Assembly: GCA_963662435.1 (NCBI GenBank)
Contig: OY759598.1
Location: 3,070,507-3,134,506, forward strand
Length of the DNA stretch: 64,000 nucleotides
Direction of reading: 5' to 3'
Source: Dehalococcoidia bacterium
Lineage (GTDB): Bacteria > Chloroflexota > Dehalococcoidia > Lucifugimonadales > VXLM01
Below are positions 9,535-17,001 of the stretch, piece after piece. A program made the position numbers and the translations under genes. The notes beneath the pieces were generated by a model. The model made no database searches, had not been told where the DNA came from, and saw only the letters and a list, made by a program, of their open reading frames with translations. Numbering within the stretch: position 1 is the stretch's first letter; each line of letters starts with the position of its first letter.

Positions 9535-10626
9535 CTAGCCCTTCGCGAAGAGTTCGTACGCTCGCGCCTCGTCCGGCGTCTGGTACCTTCCGGACTGGTC
9601 GCCTCCGAGCCAGCGGTAGGGGCGCGGATAGAGCGTCATCGAGCGGTCCTCAAGCGGCAGCGAGAGGGGCACAGAACCCCACAGGGCGGAGTGTTTGGCG
9701 GCTATGGCTGCCTCGAGCGACCTGAGCAAATCGTAGCCGGAAATCGCCATCTCCGTTCCATTCTCGACGGCCGAGATGAATGACAGGATCGAGCTTGCGA
9801 GGTAACCGTACTTCGGCCAGGCAAACGGCGTGAACGCTCGGTCAGACTTGATGCGCGCGCCGTTGTCGTCGAACCCCTGGTAGATGTCCATGACATCGCC
9901 CCAGTCCCAGCGCAGCAGGGAGTCCTCGGTCCAGACGTCGACGCCGCGATGGGGAGTCGGCTCGCCGTAGACGGTCGTCTCGATCCCGGTGCTCATCTTG
10001 AAGCGTCCATTGATGATGAGGCCGCTGTCCTCGTTGGATTCCAGTGACTCCTGCGGCTTGCCCCACGCGATAACCTCTGTGATCTCGGCGTTCGTGAGGA
10101 GCCTGAGGACGGCGATGTGCTGGCATCCGCCGCCGGAAATCTCACCGCCCCAACCACTGACCGTTGCACCCTGAATTCCCCCGTAGTCGCCGTTTCGGAG
10201 CCAGCTCGCGGCCTCCTGGACGTCGGCGCGGGAGCGCTGGAGGTTCCCGCCGTGGAAGACGACATCTCGCTCCTCGCAGGTCTCGATCATCTCGTCTACG
10301 TCGGAAAGTGTCGCGCCGATGGGCTTGTCGGTGGATACCCCGCGCACGCCCGCCTGGGCCGAGGCGATGACCGCGTCCTTAATGAACTTGCCGGGCAGGA
10401 CGACGACGGCGAGGTCGGGTACCTCATCCATCTTCTGGTACATCTCCTCGGCGTCCTTGAACAGCGCGGTGACGCCAAACCGCTCGCCGACGACTTTCAG
10501 CCTGTCCTCGTTGTATTCGGCGATGGCGACGACCTCGGTGTTCTCGAAGGTGTTGTAGACATCGGTGTAGTGTTGGCCCATTCGGCCGCAGCCGATGATC
10601 GCCACTCTCAACTTTTCGTCGGCCAT
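9535..10626 (-). CDS. Gfo/Idh/MocA family oxidoreductase (paralog of 3963-5087)
   Basis: VAIIGCGRMG and TDKPIG motifs; shares GGCQ and LPLEDRS-TL-P--RW with the 3963-5087 protein. Confidence 0.9.
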   Translation of the reverse strand: MADEKLRVAIIGCGRMGQHYTDVYNTFENTEVVAIAEYNEDRLKVVGERFGVTALFKDAEEMYQKMDEVPDLAVVVLPGKFIKDAVIASAQAGVRGVSTDKPIGATLSDVDEMIETCEERDVVFHGGNLQRSRADVQEAASWLRNGDYGGIQGATVSGWGGEISGGGCQHIAVLRLLTNAEITEVIAWGKPQESLESNEDSGLIINGRFKMSTGIETTVYGEPTPHRGVDVWTEDSLLRWDWGDVMDIYQGFDDNGARIKSDRAFTPFAWPKYGYLASSILSFISAVENGTEMAISGYDLLRSLEAAIAAKHSALWGSVPLSLPLEDRSMTLYPRPYRWLGGDQSGRYQTPDEARAYELFAKG

Positions 10627-10858
10627 GTTTCCTCCGCTCCGGTCGTACGCCGGGGACAGTTTGAATAGTCGCCCGATTGTATTCGTACGGCGAGGTTAAT
10701 TCAATGGGGACGGCGGTTTCATCCTTCGACACGCTCCGTGCCTTCCCCGCACTTGATACGCGGGTGAACCTGGGGACTAAACAGATGTACGGAGCGTCGG
10801 ATTCCCTCATTGCGCGTACCTGTGTACGACCCCCATCATTCCTCTGAAAATAGGCTCA

Positions 10859-12070
10859 TCAGGCAGCCTGGACAGTGACCTTGTACCCTAATCGTTCAAT
10901 TCTTCTGACAGATGAATCGACTACGTAGTGGTGGGCACGTGTGTCGAAGTAGTTTGCTCCGAGTTCGACGTATTGAGTGCCGCGTTCAAGCATGTGATAG
11001 ATCGAGACGATGAGCGAGTGAGCCAAGGCAAGAACGGCCCGCTTGCTTCCCCGACGGGCTGCGAGTCGACGGTACTGAGCAGTTGAATACGTATCCTTGC
11101 TCCGGGCAGCAGACCAGGCGGCTTGTACAAGGGCCTTTGTCAGCCAGTTGTTGCCATGCCGTGTTCGTCCGCTGCCGCGCTTGCCGGCACTCTCATTGTT
11201 CCCAGGACACAGACCCGCCCACGAAGCCAGATGTGATGCTGACGGAAAGCGACTCATATCCGTGCCTATCTCAGCCAACACCTCTTCGGCGATCCGACGC
11301 CCCACGCCGGGAATCCCATCGAGCAGGCCTATCTGCTCTTCTAAAGGGACCATCCGCTCTGAGACCTCCCGATTCAACTCATCTATCTCCGCGTCTAGGA
11401 AGTCGAGATGACTCAACTGGCTTCTGAGCATCATGCGCTGATGATCGGACATCAGCGCCGCCAGCGCCTGTTCGAGAGCGTCCTGCTTGTTGCGGAGCCT
11501 TCCCCTAGCCAACTGCGCCAACTGTTCGGGATCATCGACTCCTCTGACCATTGCATCAAGCATGGCCCGCCCACTGACGCCAAGTATGTCGGTGGCGACC
11601 GATGAGAGCTTGACGTTGCCGCCTTCAAGCACCTTCTGAATACGATTGACGACTCGCGACCGTTCCTCAATCATGCTGCGGCGGTATCGAGTCAACTCCC
11701 GCAACTCCCTCTGAGGACGGTCGGGAATAAAGCTGGCCCTCAGCAGGCCGTGCCGCAGAAGAGAGGCTATCCACTCTGCGTCTTTGACATCGGTCTTTCG
11801 GCCCGGAACCGTCTTGATGTGCCGAGCGTTGACCACCATCACCTCGAAATCGTCTTCAAGCAGGTTGTACACAGGCTTCCAATACACACCCGTGCTCTCC
11901 ATGGCGACATGAGTGACTCGCTGCTCAGCCAGCCAGTCGGCCATCTCGAGCAGACCCGAAGTCATCGTCGAGAAGGTGCGTGTCGACTGAGATTCCGGGG
12001 TGATGACGCAGGCGACCACGGTCTTCTTGTGTACATCCATTCCACAGCAACGTTCGTAGGTTACGTCCAT
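10859..12070 (-). CDS. IS110 family transposase/recombinase (DEDD RuvC-like plus Tnp Ser domain)
   Basis: Start [16 protein letters not shown] after GGAGGG. Acidic tetrad in GMDVHK, MESTG and KTDVKD. IPGVG, and [16 protein letters not shown] with the conserved Ser. Confidence 0.96.
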   Translation of the reverse strand: MDVTYERCCGMDVHKKTVVACVITPESQSTRTFSTMTSGLLEMADWLAEQRVTHVAMESTGVYWKPVYNLLEDDFEVMVVNARHIKTVPGRKTDVKDAEWIASLLRHGLLRASFIPDRPQRELRELTRYRRSMIEERSRVVNRIQKVLEGGNVKLSSVATDILGVSGRAMLDAMVRGVDDPEQLAQLARGRLRNKQDALEQALAALMSDHQRMMLRSQLSHLDFLDAEIDELNREVSERMVPLEEQIGLLDGIPGVGRRIAEEVLAEIGTDMSRFPSASHLASWAGLCPGNNESAGKRGSGRTRHGNNWLTKALVQAAWSAARSKDTYSTAQYRRLAARRGSKRAVLALAHSLIVSIYHMLERGTQYVELGANYFDTRAHHYVVDSSVRRIERLGYKVTVQAA

Positions 12071-12242
12071 AAGCACTACCCTCCAACTATGATGAATGTC
12101 GGTGGGACGACTAGGCGAATGAAGACTTTCCTCTGCGTGCTCTGTGGCGACAATTGGTGATACCTTTGAGTCGTCAGGTCCAGATTGGTACTCGGGCTCT
12201 CGGCGCCAATGACTACCGGACTCGCGCACACCGACGGACCCC
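12071..12242 (-). ncRNA. Putative IS110 bridge RNA
   Basis: Non-coding segment upstream of the recombinase. Contains GTACCAAT (12184-12191), matching the left target flank, ATCA (12158-12161), complementary to the right flank, and CAGAGGAA (12128-12135), matching the element's own 3' end. Stems TGGCG/CGCCA and ACCT/AGGT. Transcript ends are approximate. Confidence 0.75.
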
Positions 12243-12271
12243 ATTTTCATGATTGGTGGTGTCGGTGACAA
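12243..12271 (-). promoter_or_regulatory. Candidate sigma70-type promoter in the IS110 left end
   Basis: TTGTCA-17 nt-GAAAAT on the minus strand, upstream of the putative bridge RNA; the -10 is a weak match. Confidence 0.3.
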
Positions 12272-12316
12272 CCGACATGTGCGATTGGTACGAAAATAAC
12301 CCCAGCACTGCCTCCC

Positions 12317-12743
12317 GTAGGGGCGATTCGCGAATCGCCCCTACCGCCAACCCCAAACCGTCATTCCCGCGGAAGCGTGAATCCAGACTTCCCCTTACGC
12401 CCGACCGGCGAGGTCCCGTTCACCCTGAGCCTGTCGAAGGGTGTCCCCACGGCGAGACCCACCCGTCACTTCCGCGCAGGCGGGAATCCATGCCCCGTCC
12501 AATCTCCTGTAGGGGCGATTCGCGAATCGCCCTTACGGCCAGTCCCACACCGTCATTCTCACGTAAGCGGGAATCCAGAGTCCCGCGAGCCAAGTCCCGT
12601 TCACCCTGAGCCTGTCGAAGGGTGTCCCCACGGCGACACCCACACCGTCATTCCCGCGAGCCAAGTCCCGTTCACCCTGAGCCTGTCGAAGGGTGTCCCC
12701 ACGGCGATACCCACCCGTCATTTCCGCGCAGGCGGGAATCCAG
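12317..12743. repeat. Mosaic (BIME-like) array of three REP-like palindrome families
   Basis: GTAGGGGCGATTCGCGAATCGCCC(C/T)TAC at 12317 and 12509; CCCGTTCACCCTGAGCCTGTCGAAGGGTGTCCCCACGGCGA three times; GTCA-TTCCGCG---GCGGGAATCC several times. Confidence 0.9.
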
Positions 12744-12959
12744 AGACATCGCCATCCAGGAGGAGTTTCATATCAGGAAGACGCACACTAAATCGCTCTG
12801 AATGACAGGCATGCATCTCTGCAGTGCAATGGACTTCGAAAGCGGGAACCCAGTGAGGTGCCCAGATCTGAGAGATGCCCGGCAAATGACACCCTCTCAA
12901 CACGTTAGCATTTGCGAAGAAGTCCCCTTGCTCGGGGAGTTCATTATATTTCGAAAGAC

Positions 12960-13445
12960 CTAAATCTCCCCGCCCTGAAAGCGACCAATTTCTACAAAGT
13001 CGCCCGCCTCTTCCGACCAGTCGTACAGTGCGGAGGCTACGATTCGCTGGGCGTCGATGCCGATGACGAGCTGCTGGACCGGGTAGGCGGGCCCGTCTCC
13101 CCAAGGGCTGGTGGCGACGCCGCGGTCAATGTCGGAGAGGTAGGCGCCGCCGTTCGGGTGGGAGTGGTAGATGATGCGGGCGGGAGTGTCGGAGTCGATG
13201 CTGCGGTTCAGCTCCATGAGTTCCTGTGCGCCGAAGACATAGGCGGTCTCTGCCGTACGGCTCGGCGCCGACGGATGGCCTCCCTGGGCCTGCACGTTTA
13301 CGCAGGCGCGGACGATGCTCACGGCAGGGGCATCCCTGCCGCCCGCGAGCCAGCCGCAGCACTCGTTGGGGTACTCCCTTCGGGCCTGGCGATAGATCTC
13401 CTCGAGAATATCGCGCGGAATCTCCAGCGGCTTCGGTGTCTGCAT
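12960..13445 (-). CDS. JAB1/Mov34/MPN metallopeptidase (M67 family)
   Basis: JAMM motif: PNECCG ... YHSHPNGGAYLSDID. Confidence 0.92.
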   Translation of the reverse strand: MQTPKPLEIPRDILEEIYRQARREYPNECCGWLAGGRDAPAVSIVRACVNVQAQGGHPSAPSRTAETAYVFGAQELMELNRSIDSDTPARIIYHSHPNGGAYLSDIDRGVATSPWGDGPAYPVQQLVIGIDAQRIVASALYDWSEEAGDFVEIGRFQGGEI

Positions 13446-13472
13446 CGTTGGAAAAGGACCTCGTCGCGACTC

Positions 13473-15560
13473 TCAGTCTTCGCGCGGACCGAAGCCTTCT
13501 TCTCCAACGGGCCGTTCTGGCGCCGTCGGGTCTCCACTCGCCGGGCTGCCGAAGTGCTGGGGTCGCCAGTACCAGATGTGGCCGTGGTCCGCCCCGGCGA
13601 TCAGCCCGAAACTGCCGTCGTCATCCCAATCGACGGGGGCCATGTGCACGCCGTGTCGCCAGAACTCGAGCGGGTTGCCTTCGTCATCGAATACGAGGAC
13701 ATCCGGTCTCTTGAAGACGGGCTGTGTCTTCGTACCCACGTTCTTGGCGAAGAGGATGTAACTGCCCCGGTACGGACTGCCATGCTGTGGCCCTACGCCA
13801 ATGAGCAGGTCGAGGAGGCCGTCGCCGTCCCAGTCAATGACGTTGAGTTTCGTCCTGCCGCGACCGTCACCGCCCGGAGGCGTATAGATGCCGTGCGTCT
13901 TGATGGTGGAGCCGTCCTCGTAGCGGAGTTTTTCTCCAGGGAGCAGGCTTGAGAGGTCGTCTTGTCCTGCTCGTCTGTAGAGGGCGAGATCGAGGTCGGG
14001 ATCTTGTATGACGATGTCCGGCAGATCTCTGTCGGTGAGGTGGCCGATGCCGGGCTGCTGCCTCCATGGGCCGAAGAGGGGCGTGCCGTCTGTGATGTGA
14101 AGTCGCTGAGGCGGGCCAAGCTCCGGTGTCGACTTGGTCCCCCAGTTCGGGTACCACTCATAGAGGCTGACCATGTCGCAGACCACAAGATCAAGGAGGC
14201 CGTTGCCGTTCCAGTCTGCCAGGACGGGGTTGCTGTAGCCGCCGGTGTCGCCGTCGTAGGGACTCTGTGAGCCGCCCCAGTGCTGTCCTCCGGCGGGGTA
14301 GGGCGTCGCGAGGCGGCGAATCTCGGTAGTTCCGTAGCGAACGCGTTCCGGCGGTGCGAACCTTAAGGGGTTCGTCGATAGGGTCTTATACCAGAAGATG
14401 TAGCCCTCGATGCTGCCGACGAGGATGTCCTGCATACCCGTGTCGCGCCAGTCGCCGACCGTGGGAACGGAAAAGACACCGCCGTTGACGTGAGGGTTGT
14501 GCTGTTTGACCTTGCGAGGCGTATTGTAGATTGGCCTGCCGTCGTCGTCTTTACCGTAAGCCCGCGCCCACTCGATGTTTCCGGCGTTGTCGGCCGCGAA
14601 AATGTCGTATCGTCCGGCTTCGAGCGCGTCGGATACACCGATACTCCCCTGGAACGTGGCTATGCGGCTGAAGGGCTCGCCGTGGAGGGTGAATATCTCA
14701 GCAGCCTCTCCCCACTCGGGGTCGTCGCCGACGGTGAGTATGGGCACGTGGTTGATGTGGCCGTAATAGTTGAGCAGCAGGAGGCCCGCGGTCGGGTCCT
14801 CCGGATTGACCTCGCCGATGTGGAAGGTATGCCGCGGCACGTCGACGTCGACCCTGCCCGCATAGGTGAACTCGATACTTCCGTCGCTGCTCGTGTTGCG
14901 ATAGAGGTGGAGAGAAGCCGTGCCGAACTTCGAGAACCACCTGCCGTCTTTATCGTAGCGGTCGCGCTGGTCCTCCGGGACAATGCCGTCCGCGCTCTTG
15001 GCCCACATAACGCCGTCCTCGCTCTCGAGCACGACCAGGTCGACGACACCGTCGCCGTTCCAGTCGAGTGCGACCGCCGCCCCTCTGCCGAAACCCGCGT
15101 CCCCGTCGCGTCCCCTGAGGGTTACGGGCCGTCCTTCGTCGCGGGTCGCTGGAGGACCGTTTTCAATCGAAATGGCCGCTACGGACTTCTGTGAGTATCC
15201 CCGGGGAGATATGATGACTTCGATCTGTCCGTCGCCGTCGAAGTCGGCGGCTGCGACGATGGAGCCGACGAGCCCCTTGTCCCGCTCGTTCCTGTGAAGC
15301 GCGCGGGACACCTCGCCCCACTGCAGGCCGCGGTCGACGATGGGCGTTCCGTCAGCGATCTCCCCAACAAACTTGTAGCTGTAGATGTTGCCGTTGCCGC
15401 CCGTGACAACGACCTCCGGCTCTCCGTCCGCGTCCCAGTCAAGGACCTTCACGGCGGAACCGCCCGCAAACAGGTCGCCTATAACGTTCTCATCGCCGAG
15501 TACGAGGGGGGACCCGTCTCCGGCGTTGCCGGCGGGTACGGGGTGAGGGAAGGTGGTCAT
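13473..15560 (-). CDS. FG-GAP/VCBS-repeat beta-propeller protein
   Basis: Repeated D(W/F)(D/N)GDG-DL motifs (DWDADGE, DFDGDGQ, DWNGDGV, DWNGNGL, DWDGDGL, DWDDDGS); AAGGAG RBS; no obvious signal peptide. Confidence 0.85.
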   Translation of the reverse strand: MTTFPHPVPAGNAGDGSPLVLGDENVIGDLFAGGSAVKVLDWDADGEPEVVVTGGNGNIYSYKFVGEIADGTPIVDRGLQWGEVSRALHRNERDKGLVGSIVAAADFDGDGQIEVIISPRGYSQKSVAAISIENGPPATRDEGRPVTLRGRDGDAGFGRGAAVALDWNGDGVVDLVVLESEDGVMWAKSADGIVPEDQRDRYDKDGRWFSKFGTASLHLYRNTSSDGSIEFTYAGRVDVDVPRHTFHIGEVNPEDPTAGLLLLNYYGHINHVPILTVGDDPEWGEAAEIFTLHGEPFSRIATFQGSIGVSDALEAGRYDIFAADNAGNIEWARAYGKDDDGRPIYNTPRKVKQHNPHVNGGVFSVPTVGDWRDTGMQDILVGSIEGYIFWYKTLSTNPLRFAPPERVRYGTTEIRRLATPYPAGGQHWGGSQSPYDGDTGGYSNPVLADWNGNGLLDLVVCDMVSLYEWYPNWGTKSTPELGPPQRLHITDGTPLFGPWRQQPGIGHLTDRDLPDIVIQDPDLDLALYRRAGQDDLSSLLPGEKLRYEDGSTIKTHGIYTPPGGDGRGRTKLNVIDWDGDGLLDLLIGVGPQHGSPYRGSYILFAKNVGTKTQPVFKRPDVLVFDDEGNPLEFWRHGVHMAPVDWDDDGSFGLIAGADHGHIWYWRPQHFGSPASGDPTAPERPVGEEGFGPRED

Positions 15561-15624
15561 GGAATTGCTCCTTAGGTGAAGTCTTGGGCAGCCGGAAACG
15601 GTTAGCGAACAGTTGTCGTCGGGA

Positions 15625-16452
15625 TTAGTTCATCATATTGGGCCTGTCGTTTCGGAATGCCGCGAACTCGTGGACCTTCTTCGCGCCGAAGGCGGGGAGT
15701 TCGCCGACCATCGACTGAATCCTCGCGTCGTCGCTGGCGAGCCAGCCTGAGTATGGTTCGAAAATGTCGGCCGCATAGTAGCGGAGGGACGCGAGGTGAT
15801 TGTCGGTCTGTGGACGTGCGGCGAACTTCAGGGCGATGTAGCGTCTGCCGGCCCAGCCGTTGAAGATGGCGTGCCAGATGCTCTGGTTGAAGAAGATGGC
15901 GTCGCCGGGGTTGGTCTCCAACGACACGCTGGGCATGTTCGGTCCCGGCACCTCGAAAGGGCGCACGGGCAAGCCACCGCGCTGGTGCCTGGCATCCGGC
16001 TCGATCTCGCCGTGAAGAGGCATCCTGTGTGACCCGGGTATGACCCGGAGGCAGCCGTTTTCCTCGGTAATCGGGTCGAGGTAAAGGTTCACCTTGAGGC
16101 GGGTGAAGGAGACTTCGTCGTGGTCTCCGGGCCGGTCAGGGTGCCAGGGATGCTCTGAGTTCACGGTTACGTTGCCTTCGGAGCCGGCCCAGAGAAATCC
16201 GGGGCCGAGAATGCTCTCGGCGGCCTCGAAGATACGGTCGTCAGTGACCATCTGTGTGAGTGCTGCGTCCCGCTCGACGAATGTTCCCTCGGACTGACCC
16301 TCCTCCGGATTCAGGGGCTTTCCGTCTCGGAGCTTTAGCCACAGGTTGTCCGCTGTGGACGTTATGGAAGCCACTTCGTCTGTGGAGTAGAGCTGCGGTA
16401 TGAGCAGGAACCCGAAGGTCTTGAAGTGGGCAACCTGACCGGGTGTAAGCAT
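15625..16452 (-). CDS. Phytanoyl-CoA dioxygenase (PhyH) family 2OG-Fe(II) oxygenase
   Basis: Start MLTPGQVAHFKTFGFL; HPWHPD, GCLRVIPGSH, PGDAIFF-WH. Confidence 0.9.
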   Translation of the reverse strand: MLTPGQVAHFKTFGFLLIPQLYSTDEVASITSTADNLWLKLRDGKPLNPEEGQSEGTFVERDAALTQMVTDDRIFEAAESILGPGFLWAGSEGNVTVNSEHPWHPDRPGDHDEVSFTRLKVNLYLDPITEENGCLRVIPGSHRMPLHGEIEPDARHQRGGLPVRPFEVPGPNMPSVSLETNPGDAIFFNQSIWHAIFNGWAGRRYIALKFAARPQTDNHLASLRYYAADIFEPYSGWLASDDARIQSMVGELPAFGAKKVHEFAAFRNDRPNMMN

Positions 16453-16499
16453 GTGACGTCCCTCTATCGTAGGTTCTTTGTTGGCGCCGGTTATAGTAC

Positions 16500-16627
16500 G
16501 TCGGACGGTCGTACATGGCAACACCGAAGGAGAGAATAAGCCGACGGTAGACGGTAGGAAGAAGCTGCGAAACGGCTGCAGTCCGGATGAATCGGCCTGA
16601 TCTGCCGAGGAACTACTCAGCGCTCAT
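16500..16627 (-). pseudogene. Possible remnant of a PIN (VapC-like) toxin gene
   Basis: An ATG overlapping the end of the antitoxin gene reads M-S-A-E-stop-F-L, resembling the MSAE.FLDTN starts of PIN toxins; no full ORF follows. Confidence 0.3.
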
Positions 16628-16841
16628 TCATCTCATCTCGCGTGAAGGTTCGCCCACCCGTGGAAACGACCGAACGAAGGTCGCGAATTGCCGCCTCGGC
16701 CTTTTGGGCCTTCTGTTCTCGCCCAACATAGTTGGCGAGCCATAGCCGGAATTGAGCGTTCAGGGTCGTTCGTTCTTCAGTAGCGCGGCGACGTGCTTCA
16801 TCAATCAGGTTCCCGTCTGCGCTAAGGGTGATGTTCCTCAC
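16617..16841 (-). CDS. Ribbon-helix-helix (CopG-like) type II antitoxin
   Basis: MRNITLSAD-NLIDEAR-RA---TTLN-FR-WL ... GRTFTRDEMNER, typical of antitoxins that precede PIN toxins. Confidence 0.75.
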   Translation of the reverse strand: MRNITLSADGNLIDEARRRATEERTTLNAQFRLWLANYVGREQKAQKAEAAIRDLRSVVSTGGRTFTRDEMNER

Positions 16842-16926
16842 TCTCTTACCTCTCTAAGTGTGCACGAAAATCGCGCGATCTGCCAAGGCCACCTTCGATT
16901 TAGACCGCCGCAGGTTCGTGAATGAC

Positions 16927-16963
16927 AAAAGAAAACAGGCCCGCCGGATTCCGACGGGCCTGT
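16927..16963 (-). terminator. Intrinsic terminator
   Basis: Hairpin ACAGGCCCGTCGGAATCCGGCGGGCCTGT followed by TTTCTTTT on the minus strand, just after the 17002 stop. Confidence 0.85.
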
Positions 16964-17001
16964 CTTGTTTAGGCTAGCTGCCTAGTCTTGTCCCTAGGAC
17001 T

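Larger units (their letters stand above)
10838..12286 (-). mobile_element. Complete IS110-family insertion sequence (bridge recombinase element)
   Basis: Bounded by a duplicated AAT core on the minus strand (10838-10840 and 12284-12286). Very short 3' end and ~210-bp 5' non-coding end. Subterminal ATTTTCA/TGAAAAT inverted repeat (10845-10851, 12243-12249). Confidence 0.85.

Noticed and set aside
12071..12271. N-terminal 67-aa extension of the IS110 ORF in the ORF track
   Set aside because: The conserved domain and RBS point to ATG 12070; the upstream region is better explained as the non-coding bridge-RNA end.
12317..12743. Repeat array as a CRISPR array
   Set aside because: Units belong to several palindrome families found throughout the window, the intervening sequences repeat, and there are no cas genes.
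12253..12805. ORFs made of repeat translations (PFTLSLSKG, VGAIRESP; similar ones near 22541, 28298, 38750, 42838, 45953, 59395)
   Set aside because: They are translations of intergenic repeats and lack independent coding evidence.
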